Source: an uncultured Verrucomicrobiota bacterium (GTDB lineage Bacteria; Verrucomicrobiota; Kiritimatiellia; CAIKKV01; CAITUY01). Taken from it: 64,000 nt of DNA. Location: positions 2,780 to 66,779 of the forward strand of contig CAZTAJ010000006.1 in NCBI GenBank assembly GCA_964611575.1, read 5' to 3'. A model generated the notes under the pieces. It searched no databases and was not told the DNA's origin. It worked only from the letters and a program-made list of their open reading frames with translations. Both the position numbers and the translations under genes were made by a program. Numbering within the stretch: the first letter of the stretch is position 1; the number at the start of each line of letters is the position of its first letter. This document shows, one piece after another, positions 9,010 to 17,615 of the stretch.

Positions 9010-9362
9010 CGTGCGCTCACCGTGAGAGACTGTTTGCGTCCGTCCGGGCCGAGGTTGACATACACCAGGGTCGCGGAGCCGATCAGCCTCTTCTGCACCC
9101 AGCCCCGCACCAGCACGCGCACTGACGTCGTCCCCTGGCCACCGAGTTCGGCTTCAAACGTGATGGCGTCACCCAGCGATGCCGGCCGCTCGAAACTGAT
9201 CTCCGCCGCCCGCGTCACGAATGTCCTGGTCCCGAACTCCCGACGCAGCAGGCAGTAAGCCACCGTGTCGATCTCGGCCATCAACGCCCCGCCGAACAGA
9301 TGCCCCTGATGGTTGAGATGCTCGGACCTGACCAGAAACACGCTCTGCAACTTCTTCTTCAT
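9006..9362 (-). CDS. hotdog-fold acyl-CoA thioesterase
   Basis: HLNHQGHLFGGALMAEIDTVA motif of YciA/BFIT-type thioesterases. Start trimmed to ATG 9362 (MKKKLQ). Confidence 0.75.
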   Translation of the reverse strand: MKKKLQSVFLVRSEHLNHQGHLFGGALMAEIDTVAYCLLRREFGTRTFVTRAAEISFERPASLGDAITFEAELGGQGTTSVRVLVRGWVQKRLIGSATLVYVNLGPDGRKQSLTVSAR

Positions 9363-9373
9363 GCGCACGTTCC

Positions 9374-11767
9374 TCAGCAACGGTGCTTGGTGCGGGCGAT
9401 GATGTGTTCCTGCAACTCGCGGTCCACCAGCTTGAATTTCTGGGAGAAGCCGGCGACGCGCACCGGGAGATTGCCGTAGCGTTCCGGGTCCGCCTGGGCC
9501 TGGCGAAGCCGCTCGGCTGTGACCACGTTCCACTGCAACTGGCCGATGCCCATGGTGACGGCGGCGCGGATCAGGGCGACCAGCCGTTGGCGGCCGGCGG
9601 CGCCCTCCACCAGTTTGGGATCAAGGTCGATGATGGCCGCCGAGGCGCCGGCAGCCCGGTGATGCGGCAGGCGGGCCAGCGTGTTCAGCATGGCGGTGAC
9701 GCCCTCTTCATCCCGGCCTTGCTGGGCGGACAACGAATAAGCGATCGGCTCGCCGGCCAGACGGCCATCCGGCGTGGCGCCCAGCGCCTTACCGAAGTGG
9801 AGGTTGCAGAGGAACGAGAAGAGATGCACGAAGTACCGGCCGCCCAGCGGGCTGCGCATGGCGTCCATGAGATCGATGAACTGTTCGTCAACCCGGCGGG
9901 CCAGGGTGTCGACCTCGGGATTGTCGTTCCCGTACTTGGGCGCCTGCTTGAGCAGGAGCTGGCGCAACTCTTCGCGGCCGGCGAAATTGTTCTGCAAGGC
10001 ATCCAGCAGATCCCCGGCCGGAACCTTCTTTTCCTCAAACACCAGTTTCTTCAGCGCCATCAGGGAATCGGCGGCGTTGGCGGTGCCCAGCAGGCACACC
10101 GAGTGGTAGTTGTAGAGGGCTCCCCCGTTGGTGATGTCGCGGCCGCGCTCAATGCAGGCATCGGTCAGCACGCTCCAGCAGGGCAACGGCCCGCGTTCCC
10201 GTTGCATCAATTCGCCACGATTACAGTGATAGACCATGCGCCGGGCCAGGAATTCAACCTGGGCCGTGTAGGCGCGCCAGAAAGCGGCGAAGTCCACCAG
10301 GTCAACCAGGCTGCCGGTGTTCGGCCCGATCTGTTCGCCCGTGCGCGGATCGCGCCCGTCGAAGAGCGCCAGCTCCACACACTTCGCGGCGTTGAACCAA
10401 CCGGAAACCGCATGCGGGTTGGCTTTGCCGGGAATCGTCAGTTCGATGCACCCGATGGGCGCATAGTCACGGGCATCCTCCGGTGAAATACCATGGTCGG
10501 TCAGCGCCGGGATGAAACAGTCGTCGTTGAACAGGAACGGGATGCCGCCGCCGGCCGCAATCAGTTCCGCCGCCAGGTCGAGGAACTCCGTCGGCGTGTC
10601 GTGGTTGATGCGAATCGACACGTCGCGGATGAAATCCACGTTGCGGGTCGCTTCCAGAATGATGTAGCTGAGGTCGTTGACGGCGCAACGGCCGGCTGCG
10701 TCCACGCCGCCCAGCGTGATGGCCTGGACGTCGTAGTCCAGGTACAACTTGCAGGCGAGTTCCTCCATCCATTCGCGCGCGGCATCCCGCGTGACCCGTC
10801 CAGCCGCCAGGTCGGCCGCATAGTAGGGCTGGAGAATCTGATCGAGACGACCGATGGAGTTGGCGTTGATGCCGTCCTCGCCACACGTGAGGATGTGGCT
10901 GAACCACAAACTCTGCACGGCCTCGGTAAAGGTGCGGGCGCCGTGGGCGGGCACGCGATCGCACAGGTCCGCCATGGCCAGCAAACGCGCCCGGTCGTCC
11001 CCCTGCGCGGCCTCGGCCAGCCGCCGCGCCTCCCCGGCGTAGCGCTGTCCCAGCCGAATACCCGCGTCGCAGACCGACAGCGCAGCCCGCCAGAAATTCT
11101 CCTTTTGCGGAAAGCCGGGGTCGGCCAGATCGCCCTTCGAAAGGTACCCTTCGATCTCGGCACGAATGCCGACAAATCCTATGCGCAGCACCTTGGCAAA
11201 GTCGCGGATACTGTGGTTTTCAATCCAACCACCGCTCCAATACACCTTGCTTTCGTGATCACGACTGGACCAGAACCCGCGACCGCGGGAGGAGTCCGTC
11301 ATCGCCTGACCGACCTCGACGTCGGTCGACCCGCCGGGCAATGCGTCCGCCGTCCCGTACCAGACCTTGACCGCCTGGGTCAGGCTGGCGAAATCGGCAT
11401 CGTCCAGGCCGAAGGTCGTCTTCAACGCCGCGATGTCGTCCCGGGACAGGTCGTTCAGCGCCCACGGCTGGAGGGGGCGGAGATGCTCGCCGGCCAGCCG
11501 CCAGTCCGGGCCGATCCCCACCGGTGCCAGGTCCACGAGTTGCGCCAGGAAAGCCGCCCGGCGCTGCACCCGCGATTGGCCGGGCTGTACGGACCGCCAG
11601 AGCGCAACGTCCGTCAGGGAGGGGTTCGAGGCAGAATTCCAGGAACCCCGTTGCGCCATCGCGGTTTCGCGCAAACGGGCCAGACGGGGTCCCAACGCAG
11701 ATTTTGCCACTGTTCTCACGGTGGAGACTCTATCGTCACGTACCGTGTTCCTACGAAATCGGTTCAT
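9374..11767 (-). CDS. glycyl radical enzyme, PFL2/dehydratase-lyase class
   Basis: C-terminal glycyl-radical motif VRVAGFS and a Cys loop PIGCIE (the GCxE of CutC/glycerol-dehydratase/HypD-type eliminases). About 797 aa. Confidence 0.9.
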   Translation of the reverse strand: MNRFRRNTVRDDRVSTVRTVAKSALGPRLARLRETAMAQRGSWNSASNPSLTDVALWRSVQPGQSRVQRRAAFLAQLVDLAPVGIGPDWRLAGEHLRPLQPWALNDLSRDDIAALKTTFGLDDADFASLTQAVKVWYGTADALPGGSTDVEVGQAMTDSSRGRGFWSSRDHESKVYWSGGWIENHSIRDFAKVLRIGFVGIRAEIEGYLSKGDLADPGFPQKENFWRAALSVCDAGIRLGQRYAGEARRLAEAAQGDDRARLLAMADLCDRVPAHGARTFTEAVQSLWFSHILTCGEDGINANSIGRLDQILQPYYAADLAAGRVTRDAAREWMEELACKLYLDYDVQAITLGGVDAAGRCAVNDLSYIILEATRNVDFIRDVSIRINHDTPTEFLDLAAELIAAGGGIPFLFNDDCFIPALTDHGISPEDARDYAPIGCIELTIPGKANPHAVSGWFNAAKCVELALFDGRDPRTGEQIGPNTGSLVDLVDFAAFWRAYTAQVEFLARRMVYHCNRGELMQRERGPLPCWSVLTDACIERGRDITNGGALYNYHSVCLLGTANAADSLMALKKLVFEEKKVPAGDLLDALQNNFAGREELRQLLLKQAPKYGNDNPEVDTLARRVDEQFIDLMDAMRSPLGGRYFVHLFSFLCNLHFGKALGATPDGRLAGEPIAYSLSAQQGRDEEGVTAMLNTLARLPHHRAAGASAAIIDLDPKLVEGAAGRQRLVALIRAAVTMGIGQLQWNVVTAERLRQAQADPERYGNLPVRVAGFSQKFKLVDRELQEHIIARTKHRC

Positions 11768-11844
11768 CACAACTCATCAATGCAGAACAAAGTGCGATAC
11801 GAGACGTGGGGAAGATTGTGCATGAATTTGGTGCCTTCATGCAA

Positions 11845-13785
11845 TCATTCTCGCAACGAGCCCGAACTTGCCGGACCGAAAACATGAAGTTTGCCGTCCA
11901 CGCCAAGGCAGAGCAGGTCGCGGGGATCGGTCCCCAGCCGCGCCGAAAACGCCATCACCTCGCGTCGCGGGTGGCGGCCCCAGAGTCGGGACAGTTCCGG
12001 CAATGCCAGGACGCGTCGGCCGAATCCGTCGTACAGGCCCTGCACGGCGGCGGACGTATTGAACCAGATAAGATCGCGCGACGCGCAGCCCCAGCGCACG
12101 GCACACGACCCCTGCACGACATAATCCGGTTGGGCCGTCCATAACCGATCGCCATGGCCGGACAACAGAGAGCACACACCCATGTTGCCCCAGCGGGAGA
12201 AAGCCAGGACCTGGCGGCCGGGCATATCGTCGCGGAACGTTCCCGCGAAACGTCCCTGCGCATGACCGATCGGATGACGCATCCGCGTCCGCCCGGTCCG
12301 CGCGTCGACCACATAAACGCCCAGGCCCTGGCCGCACAGGAACGCCACCGGATCGCTCTCCGCATCCCCGGCGACATCGCCGATCATCACGGCGTCGTAA
12401 TGATTTTCCCGCACCATGCGTTCCATGTCGTCATGCACCCACAACACGCTGCCGTCCTGGTCGAACAGGACGCCGCCGGCCAGAAGTTCGTCGCGGCCGT
12501 CGCCATCGACATCGCAAAAGTCCAGCGCATCGTGGTGCCCGTAAGCGGCCGGCCCCACCGTTTGTTCCCATAGGGGTTCGAGCTGGCGGTTCCAAGCCCA
12601 GAGGCGGGTCCCGCCGTTGGCGTAGGCCCGGTCCCATTCGCGCAGGACAATGTCCGTGCCTTCGTCACTGCTCAGGCGCGCGGGCCGGGGGGAAAAGTCC
12701 GGCATGTGCAGGGTGGGCGCCATCGCGGGCAAGGCGCGCCGGGCCAGCACAACGCCGTCCCGGCCGCGAATGACCACCATCTCCGCCGCGGTCGTCTCCC
12801 CGGCGAAACCATAAAGCAGCCGCCCTTCGCCCGGCAGGAATTCGGAGAGTACCGGTGTGCTACTGGTCGGCGCCTGTAATCGCACCGGACTCGTCCACAG
12901 CACCGCGCCGTCAGCGGTCAGGGCTTTGAGCGTCTCGCCGATCACGAGCAGGTCGTAACGACCGGCTTCGACGAAATCGCGAAAGATCGGCCTGGCCAGG
13001 GGATCGGCCCGCACCAGGTCAGGCAGCGCATAGGTCCGCACCCATTCCGGCGGGGGCAGTCCGCGCCGCCGCCGGCGTTCCTCCCGGCGTTGGGCGGCCC
13101 GGTATAACTCGTCCCGATCCCGGGCAGCGGTGGTTTGACGGACGCGCACCGAACGCGCAAAAGACCTTCCGATGCCGCGCACCCCGGCCTTGCCGCGGGC
13201 GAAGCGGGTGTCGGTGACAATAAAGGCCACCCCGAGTTCGGCACAGGAGCAGCGCAACCCGTCGCCATCCGTATCCACGGTGAGCGTGACGTACCCGTCC
13301 GGCACCGCCACCGGTTGCTCGGCCAGCACGGTCCACTCGTCGTCGTCGCGCCGGTAGAGCACGGCCCGCCGTTTTGCCTCGATGGCGAAGTGGTAGTAGT
13401 GTCGCGACGTGACGATCCGGAACGCGATTCCCACCAGCGCGACGTCGCGCCCGAGGCGGTCGGAGTGCGCCGGCGCCACCGCGTCGATGGGTTTGATCGA
13501 AGCGTCAACATGCACGTCGCGCAGGTCGGCCGGCCCGGTCACCAACGCCCGTTCCAGATGGAGCGGGGTCCAGGCCAGCACGGTCTCGCCGCCGTCTCGC
13601 GCGACCTCGAAGCCCGAGGGCATCCGGAACGCGTCCCACGGCATCAACGGTGTCTCCCAGCCGCGGAAAAACCGGTCCGCCCGTTCGTCCGGCCAGCCCT
13701 CCTGAGGTTGGAACACGACGCCAGCCGGACAGTCGGCCAGGTCAATCTCGTTGATCACGATTTCCACAGACGCATCTCGTTTCAT
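11845..13785 (-). CDS. hypothetical protein, jelly-roll (LamG/DUF1080-like) N-domain plus FG-GAP/beta-propeller-like C-domain
   Basis: DVDGDGRDELLAGG and GDVAGDAESD Ca-binding FG-GAP-like repeats. ATGA overlap with the upstream gene stop. Confidence 0.55.
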   Translation of the reverse strand: MKRDASVEIVINEIDLADCPAGVVFQPQEGWPDERADRFFRGWETPLMPWDAFRMPSGFEVARDGGETVLAWTPLHLERALVTGPADLRDVHVDASIKPIDAVAPAHSDRLGRDVALVGIAFRIVTSRHYYHFAIEAKRRAVLYRRDDDEWTVLAEQPVAVPDGYVTLTVDTDGDGLRCSCAELGVAFIVTDTRFARGKAGVRGIGRSFARSVRVRQTTAARDRDELYRAAQRREERRRRRGLPPPEWVRTYALPDLVRADPLARPIFRDFVEAGRYDLLVIGETLKALTADGAVLWTSPVRLQAPTSSTPVLSEFLPGEGRLLYGFAGETTAAEMVVIRGRDGVVLARRALPAMAPTLHMPDFSPRPARLSSDEGTDIVLREWDRAYANGGTRLWAWNRQLEPLWEQTVGPAAYGHHDALDFCDVDGDGRDELLAGGVLFDQDGSVLWVHDDMERMVRENHYDAVMIGDVAGDAESDPVAFLCGQGLGVYVVDARTGRTRMRHPIGHAQGRFAGTFRDDMPGRQVLAFSRWGNMGVCSLLSGHGDRLWTAQPDYVVQGSCAVRWGCASRDLIWFNTSAAVQGLYDGFGRRVLALPELSRLWGRHPRREVMAFSARLGTDPRDLLCLGVDGKLHVFGPASSGSLRE

Positions 13786-16700
13786 GGTTTCACCAGCAGG
13801 AACCGGGAGCCGTGGCGCTCGATTTCGAGCGGCACGGACGATGTCTCGGCGATGATCTTGCCTGTCATGATGTCGGTGACCGGGCCTCGCGGTATGTTCT
13901 TCCCCAGAGTCAGGTCAACCTTGACCGGCCCGTCTGTCGGGTTCAGCACCGCCAGCAGCACCGACTTTCTGCCCGGGTTGACGTAGCCGCCCGCCAGCAC
14001 GCGTTTGTCAGACACCTTGAGTTCCTCCGCGTCCTTCGCGTTCCAGTAGCGAAGGTGCCGCACGTCGGGCTCCCAGGCGGAAAGCTCCTCGCTGTCCCGG
14101 ACAGCCCTGACTTCTTTCATCACCCGCGACAGATGGGCCGGATTCCCGGCCCAGAAGGCATCGAAGAGGATTCCGTAAGCCATGCGGATGCCGAATTCCC
14201 GTTCGTCGCGGTCGGTCGTCGTCTCGCCGACGACTCTCACGTTCGAATGGGCTATTGTCATCCCGGAGGCCGTCATCGTAAAGGCGGCGGCAATGGCCGG
14301 CGGCATGCCCTGTTCGATCAGGTCGGGTCCCACGGCTTTCGGGGAAATGACGCCTTCCACAAACCCGACAAAGCCGTAGGAGTTATCCCAGTTGTTGTCG
14401 AAGCTCTGGGCCGGCGGACGCCCGATCAACCACAACGCCGTGGAATACCGGCGGGCGCGCTCGTGAAAGCGCAGCGGGATGGCGAACGGCCTCAGTTGTC
14501 CGTCTTCGCGACGGTAGGCGATGCCGTCGATGTCCGTTTTCACGTTGAACGCTCTGGGCAGGTTCTCGAAATTGTCGTAGCGGGTGCCGTTGACAAAGCT
14601 GTATTTGCCGAGTTGCACCATGTGCCAGAGCCAGCAGTCCACGAAACTGTCGGTCATGGGCCCGGCGACCACGGTAAGCTGCGCATCCGTGGTCCATTTC
14701 ACCGTGCCGCCGAAGTTATACATGTTGATGAATGTCTTATCGACCCTGAAGGGCTGAGATGCGGTGTGAAGCCATCCAGACCCGAAGGTTGGCATTTCGT
14801 GCATGGCCGCATCGAAGAGGAAGGCGCTGCCATACAGCGTTGCGGGATTACCTTTCCGCTGTTTCTCGTTCTTGATCCGATAGCGGGACGCATAGCCCGG
14901 AGGCGCATCTCCCGGGTCCCGGTAATGGGGCGCAAAGCCGTCACTCTCGTAAATGAACTTGCGCAGCGCCTCGTAATCCTCCGGCGTGGAGAGCTGGAAG
15001 CCGTCCACCCCTGCGCCATAGTAACGGTAGCCGGCGCTATCAGGCCCCGAATAGGTTTGCTTCCGATACGCCGCCGCCTTGGGCCTCGTCGGCGAGGCGA
15101 TGAAGGCAAACTCGAGGGTCCGCGGTTTGTCGAGCGCCAGCGGTTTGGCCACGAAGCGGAACTTGAGCGCCAGCTCGCCGTGTTCGCGAACCAGCAGGAC
15201 CTGGTCGTCCGCGTCGTCCACGCTCCAGCCGCGGTCGCTCTCCGCCAGCCAGAACAGGGCATGGTCGTATTGGCCCGCATAGATCACCGGAACGAACGTC
15301 CCGGTCAGCGCCGGATGCGCAGCCATTTGCGAACTCCTGGCCAGCACGCCCTCGCCCTCGGGAATCGCGCCGAGGCACTTGGTGTCGGTGATGCGGTTGA
15401 ACCGATACAAGTCCGAACTCTTGGCCAGCGGCACGGTGAGCGTGAGCGCGTCCAGCCGGGCTGCCTTCTTGGGATCGAGCGTGAGCCGGATCGTGTATAG
15501 CCCGTCGTAGTCGAGCCGGCTTCTGACGGTGACGCCCACCGGCCCGAGGGCGGAATCGGCTTCGATCTCCGCGGCATAGCCGTCGGTTTTTTCCAACTGG
15601 AAATCCTTGCCTGCGACCGGGCATACGTTGGTTGCCAGCTCATATTTTGCGAAATCCGCAGGGAATATCCGGCCCGGAATCAGGGTCACTCGGGGTTTCT
15701 TATCCCCCACCGCGGCCACGGCCTTGCCGTCCACCGTCCCCTCCAGCCGCATCGGGCCGCCGAGCACGTCTTCGCCTTGCGAAATCATGGCCGCCGGCAA
15801 TCCGTTGTTCTGCAGGGCATACGTTCGCCCCCAGCAGGCGAGGACCGTCTGCTCCGATGAAGAAACGGCGGGGACCGCCGTCTCCATGGAGCCGGCCGTC
15901 CCGGCCGGTTGCGCATGGTCTCGCCCATGCCCATCCCGCGACTGACCCCTGAACCCTGAACCCTGAACCCTTGTTACCCCAACCGGCGTCCATGGCGGAA
16001 TGATCACCTTGTCGCGGCCGAGGGTCGTCCTCTCCCACTCGAACTTCTGGCGGACCTGCTGGAACTCCTTCTCGTCCGCCACGGTCTCGCCCTGAACCAG
16101 CGACAGCCGGATCTTATACTTGCCTTCCGGCAGGGGCGACGGCAACTGCGCCACGGCGTTGCCGCCGGCGTTGGTCGCCACCGCGCCGTCGGCGCGGGCG
16201 ATTTCCTTCCCGGCGGCATCCGTTACCGTCACCCGCAGCTTGTCCGCCGCGACGATCGCCTTGGCCTTCTCCAGCGCCTTGCCGACATACAAGCTCGTGT
16301 TGAGCTTGGTGGACACGAGGGAGTCGAGTTTGTCCGTGTAGGGGTCGTAGATGTAGTCGAAGACGGCGTTCGCGGCCATCTCGTAGCTGTGCTCTTTCTT
16401 CCATGCGGCAAGCGCCTCGGCAACCTTCTCGTCCTTCGGGCTGAACGGCACCGCATTGCGGAACAGCAACTGCTCCTTGCCGTCATGCGACGCCTTGACC
16501 TCCACGCGCAGAATGTTCCCATCCGGCAACACGCCTTTAAATTCCTCCCGTGTGCCGATCCTCATCTTCTGGCCCTTGGTCTTGCGTTCCTCCCAGGTCT
16601 TCTCCCAGGTAACCTTCCCGCCTGCCTCGTTGCTCATCGCGATTCTCAGATCCACCGGCTTGTCGTCCGTGCCGGTGCCGGCATAACCTTCCAGTACCAC

Positions 16701-17546
16701 ATTCAGACTTCCCTTGGGATAGAGCCATGAAGGGTCGGACTTGTTCAGCGCGAACGAGAAGAGCAGGTCCGGGTCGAAGGTCACCTGGGGTGCGTTCCGC
16801 CAGTCGTCGGCCTTGACTCCACCCCAACTCAGATACAGCGGCTTGCTCGACCACGCCAGATGGACCTTGGCCGTCTTGCCATCCAACTTGTCCGTCCCCA
16901 GCATCGCCAGCGGAATCCGCAGGTGGCCGATCCAGTAACGCGCACCGTCCAAGCCAACCCACGAACCGCGGCCGATCGCTTTTGTGTCCAGCGGGTGGTT
17001 CTGCCCCTCGAGCGCCTCCATCGTGTAGGCCCAGATCGCGCCGTTGGGGTTCATCGCCAACCGGAAGAAGGGCACCCCGTCCTGCCCGACATTTTCGTCG
17101 AAACCCACCTGCAAGACGATGTGGTCGTCGTCCAGAATCCCCAGGTCGTTGTCCTCCGTCGCCTTGGCGAGGAAGTTCTCGCTGTTGGGATCGACCGTCG
17201 TCAGAATCTTGATACACAGCGCCTGGTCGCTGTAGTTGACATACCAGACCATGTCTTTTCCGGCATAGGGTGCGCCCGGCAGGTTCGCCGCGCGCAGGCC
17301 GGTGAAGGCCGGCGACTGAGGCCAGCCGTGAATGAATTTGCTGTTGAAGGGGGTCCGGTCTTCGCACTTCCCGGCGCGCAGGAAGCACGGCGCGGGTTCG
17401 GCGGCGGCTGCCGGCGGCGCGTCCCTGCCTTCGGCCCCGAAGGCGGCCGTGGATGCGAAGAGCGCCAGGGCCAGGGTGCGGGCGGCGTGGCGGAGGGTTC
17501 CGGCCAGGATCACTGGCCGGATGGGCATGTTGCTATTGCTTGTCAT
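13782..17546 (-). CDS. giant secreted protein, CBM9-like N-domain plus GH123/DUF4091-like C-region (tentative glycan-active)
   Basis: Signal peptide (LALALFASTAAFGAEG). Architecture is paralogous to the next gene. Start chosen at ATG 17546 (AAGGAA RBS); alternatives are GTG 17606 and ATG 17528. Confidence 0.6.
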   Translation of the reverse strand: MTSNSNMPIRPVILAGTLRHAARTLALALFASTAAFGAEGRDAPPAAAAEPAPCFLRAGKCEDRTPFNSKFIHGWPQSPAFTGLRAANLPGAPYAGKDMVWYVNYSDQALCIKILTTVDPNSENFLAKATEDNDLGILDDDHIVLQVGFDENVGQDGVPFFRLAMNPNGAIWAYTMEALEGQNHPLDTKAIGRGSWVGLDGARYWIGHLRIPLAMLGTDKLDGKTAKVHLAWSSKPLYLSWGGVKADDWRNAPQVTFDPDLLFSFALNKSDPSWLYPKGSLNVVLEGYAGTGTDDKPVDLRIAMSNEAGGKVTWEKTWEERKTKGQKMRIGTREEFKGVLPDGNILRVEVKASHDGKEQLLFRNAVPFSPKDEKVAEALAAWKKEHSYEMAANAVFDYIYDPYTDKLDSLVSTKLNTSLYVGKALEKAKAIVAADKLRVTVTDAAGKEIARADGAVATNAGGNAVAQLPSPLPEGKYKIRLSLVQGETVADEKEFQQVRQKFEWERTTLGRDKVIIPPWTPVGVTRVQGSGFRGQSRDGHGRDHAQPAGTAGSMETAVPAVSSSEQTVLACWGRTYALQNNGLPAAMISQGEDVLGGPMRLEGTVDGKAVAAVGDKKPRVTLIPGRIFPADFAKYELATNVCPVAGKDFQLEKTDGYAAEIEADSALGPVGVTVRSRLDYDGLYTIRLTLDPKKAARLDALTLTVPLAKSSDLYRFNRITDTKCLGAIPEGEGVLARSSQMAAHPALTGTFVPVIYAGQYDHALFWLAESDRGWSVDDADDQVLLVREHGELALKFRFVAKPLALDKPRTLEFAFIASPTRPKAAAYRKQTYSGPDSAGYRYYGAGVDGFQLSTPEDYEALRKFIYESDGFAPHYRDPGDAPPGYASRYRIKNEKQRKGNPATLYGSAFLFDAAMHEMPTFGSGWLHTASQPFRVDKTFINMYNFGGTVKWTTDAQLTVVAGPMTDSFVDCWLWHMVQLGKYSFVNGTRYDNFENLPRAFNVKTDIDGIAYRREDGQLRPFAIPLRFHERARRYSTALWLIGRPPAQSFDNNWDNSYGFVGFVEGVISPKAVGPDLIEQGMPPAIAAAFTMTASGMTIAHSNVRVVGETTTDRDEREFGIRMAYGILFDAFWAGNPAHLSRVMKEVRAVRDSEELSAWEPDVRHLRYWNAKDAEELKVSDKRVLAGGYVNPGRKSVLLAVLNPTDGPVKVDLTLGKNIPRGPVTDIMTGKIIAETSSVPLEIERHGSRFLLVKP
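15946..15970. repeat. (GAACCCT)x3 heptamer tract, in-frame inside the 13782..17546 gene
   Basis: Plus strand reads cccctgaaccctgaaccctgaaccc, which encodes GSGFRGQ on the minus strand. Confidence 0.9.
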
Positions 17547-17615
17547 GGCGGTTGTTCCTTGTTGTTCTGTTGTTGGACTAGCGACCCGCGACGCACGGAT
17601 GCTCACGGCGTCGAG

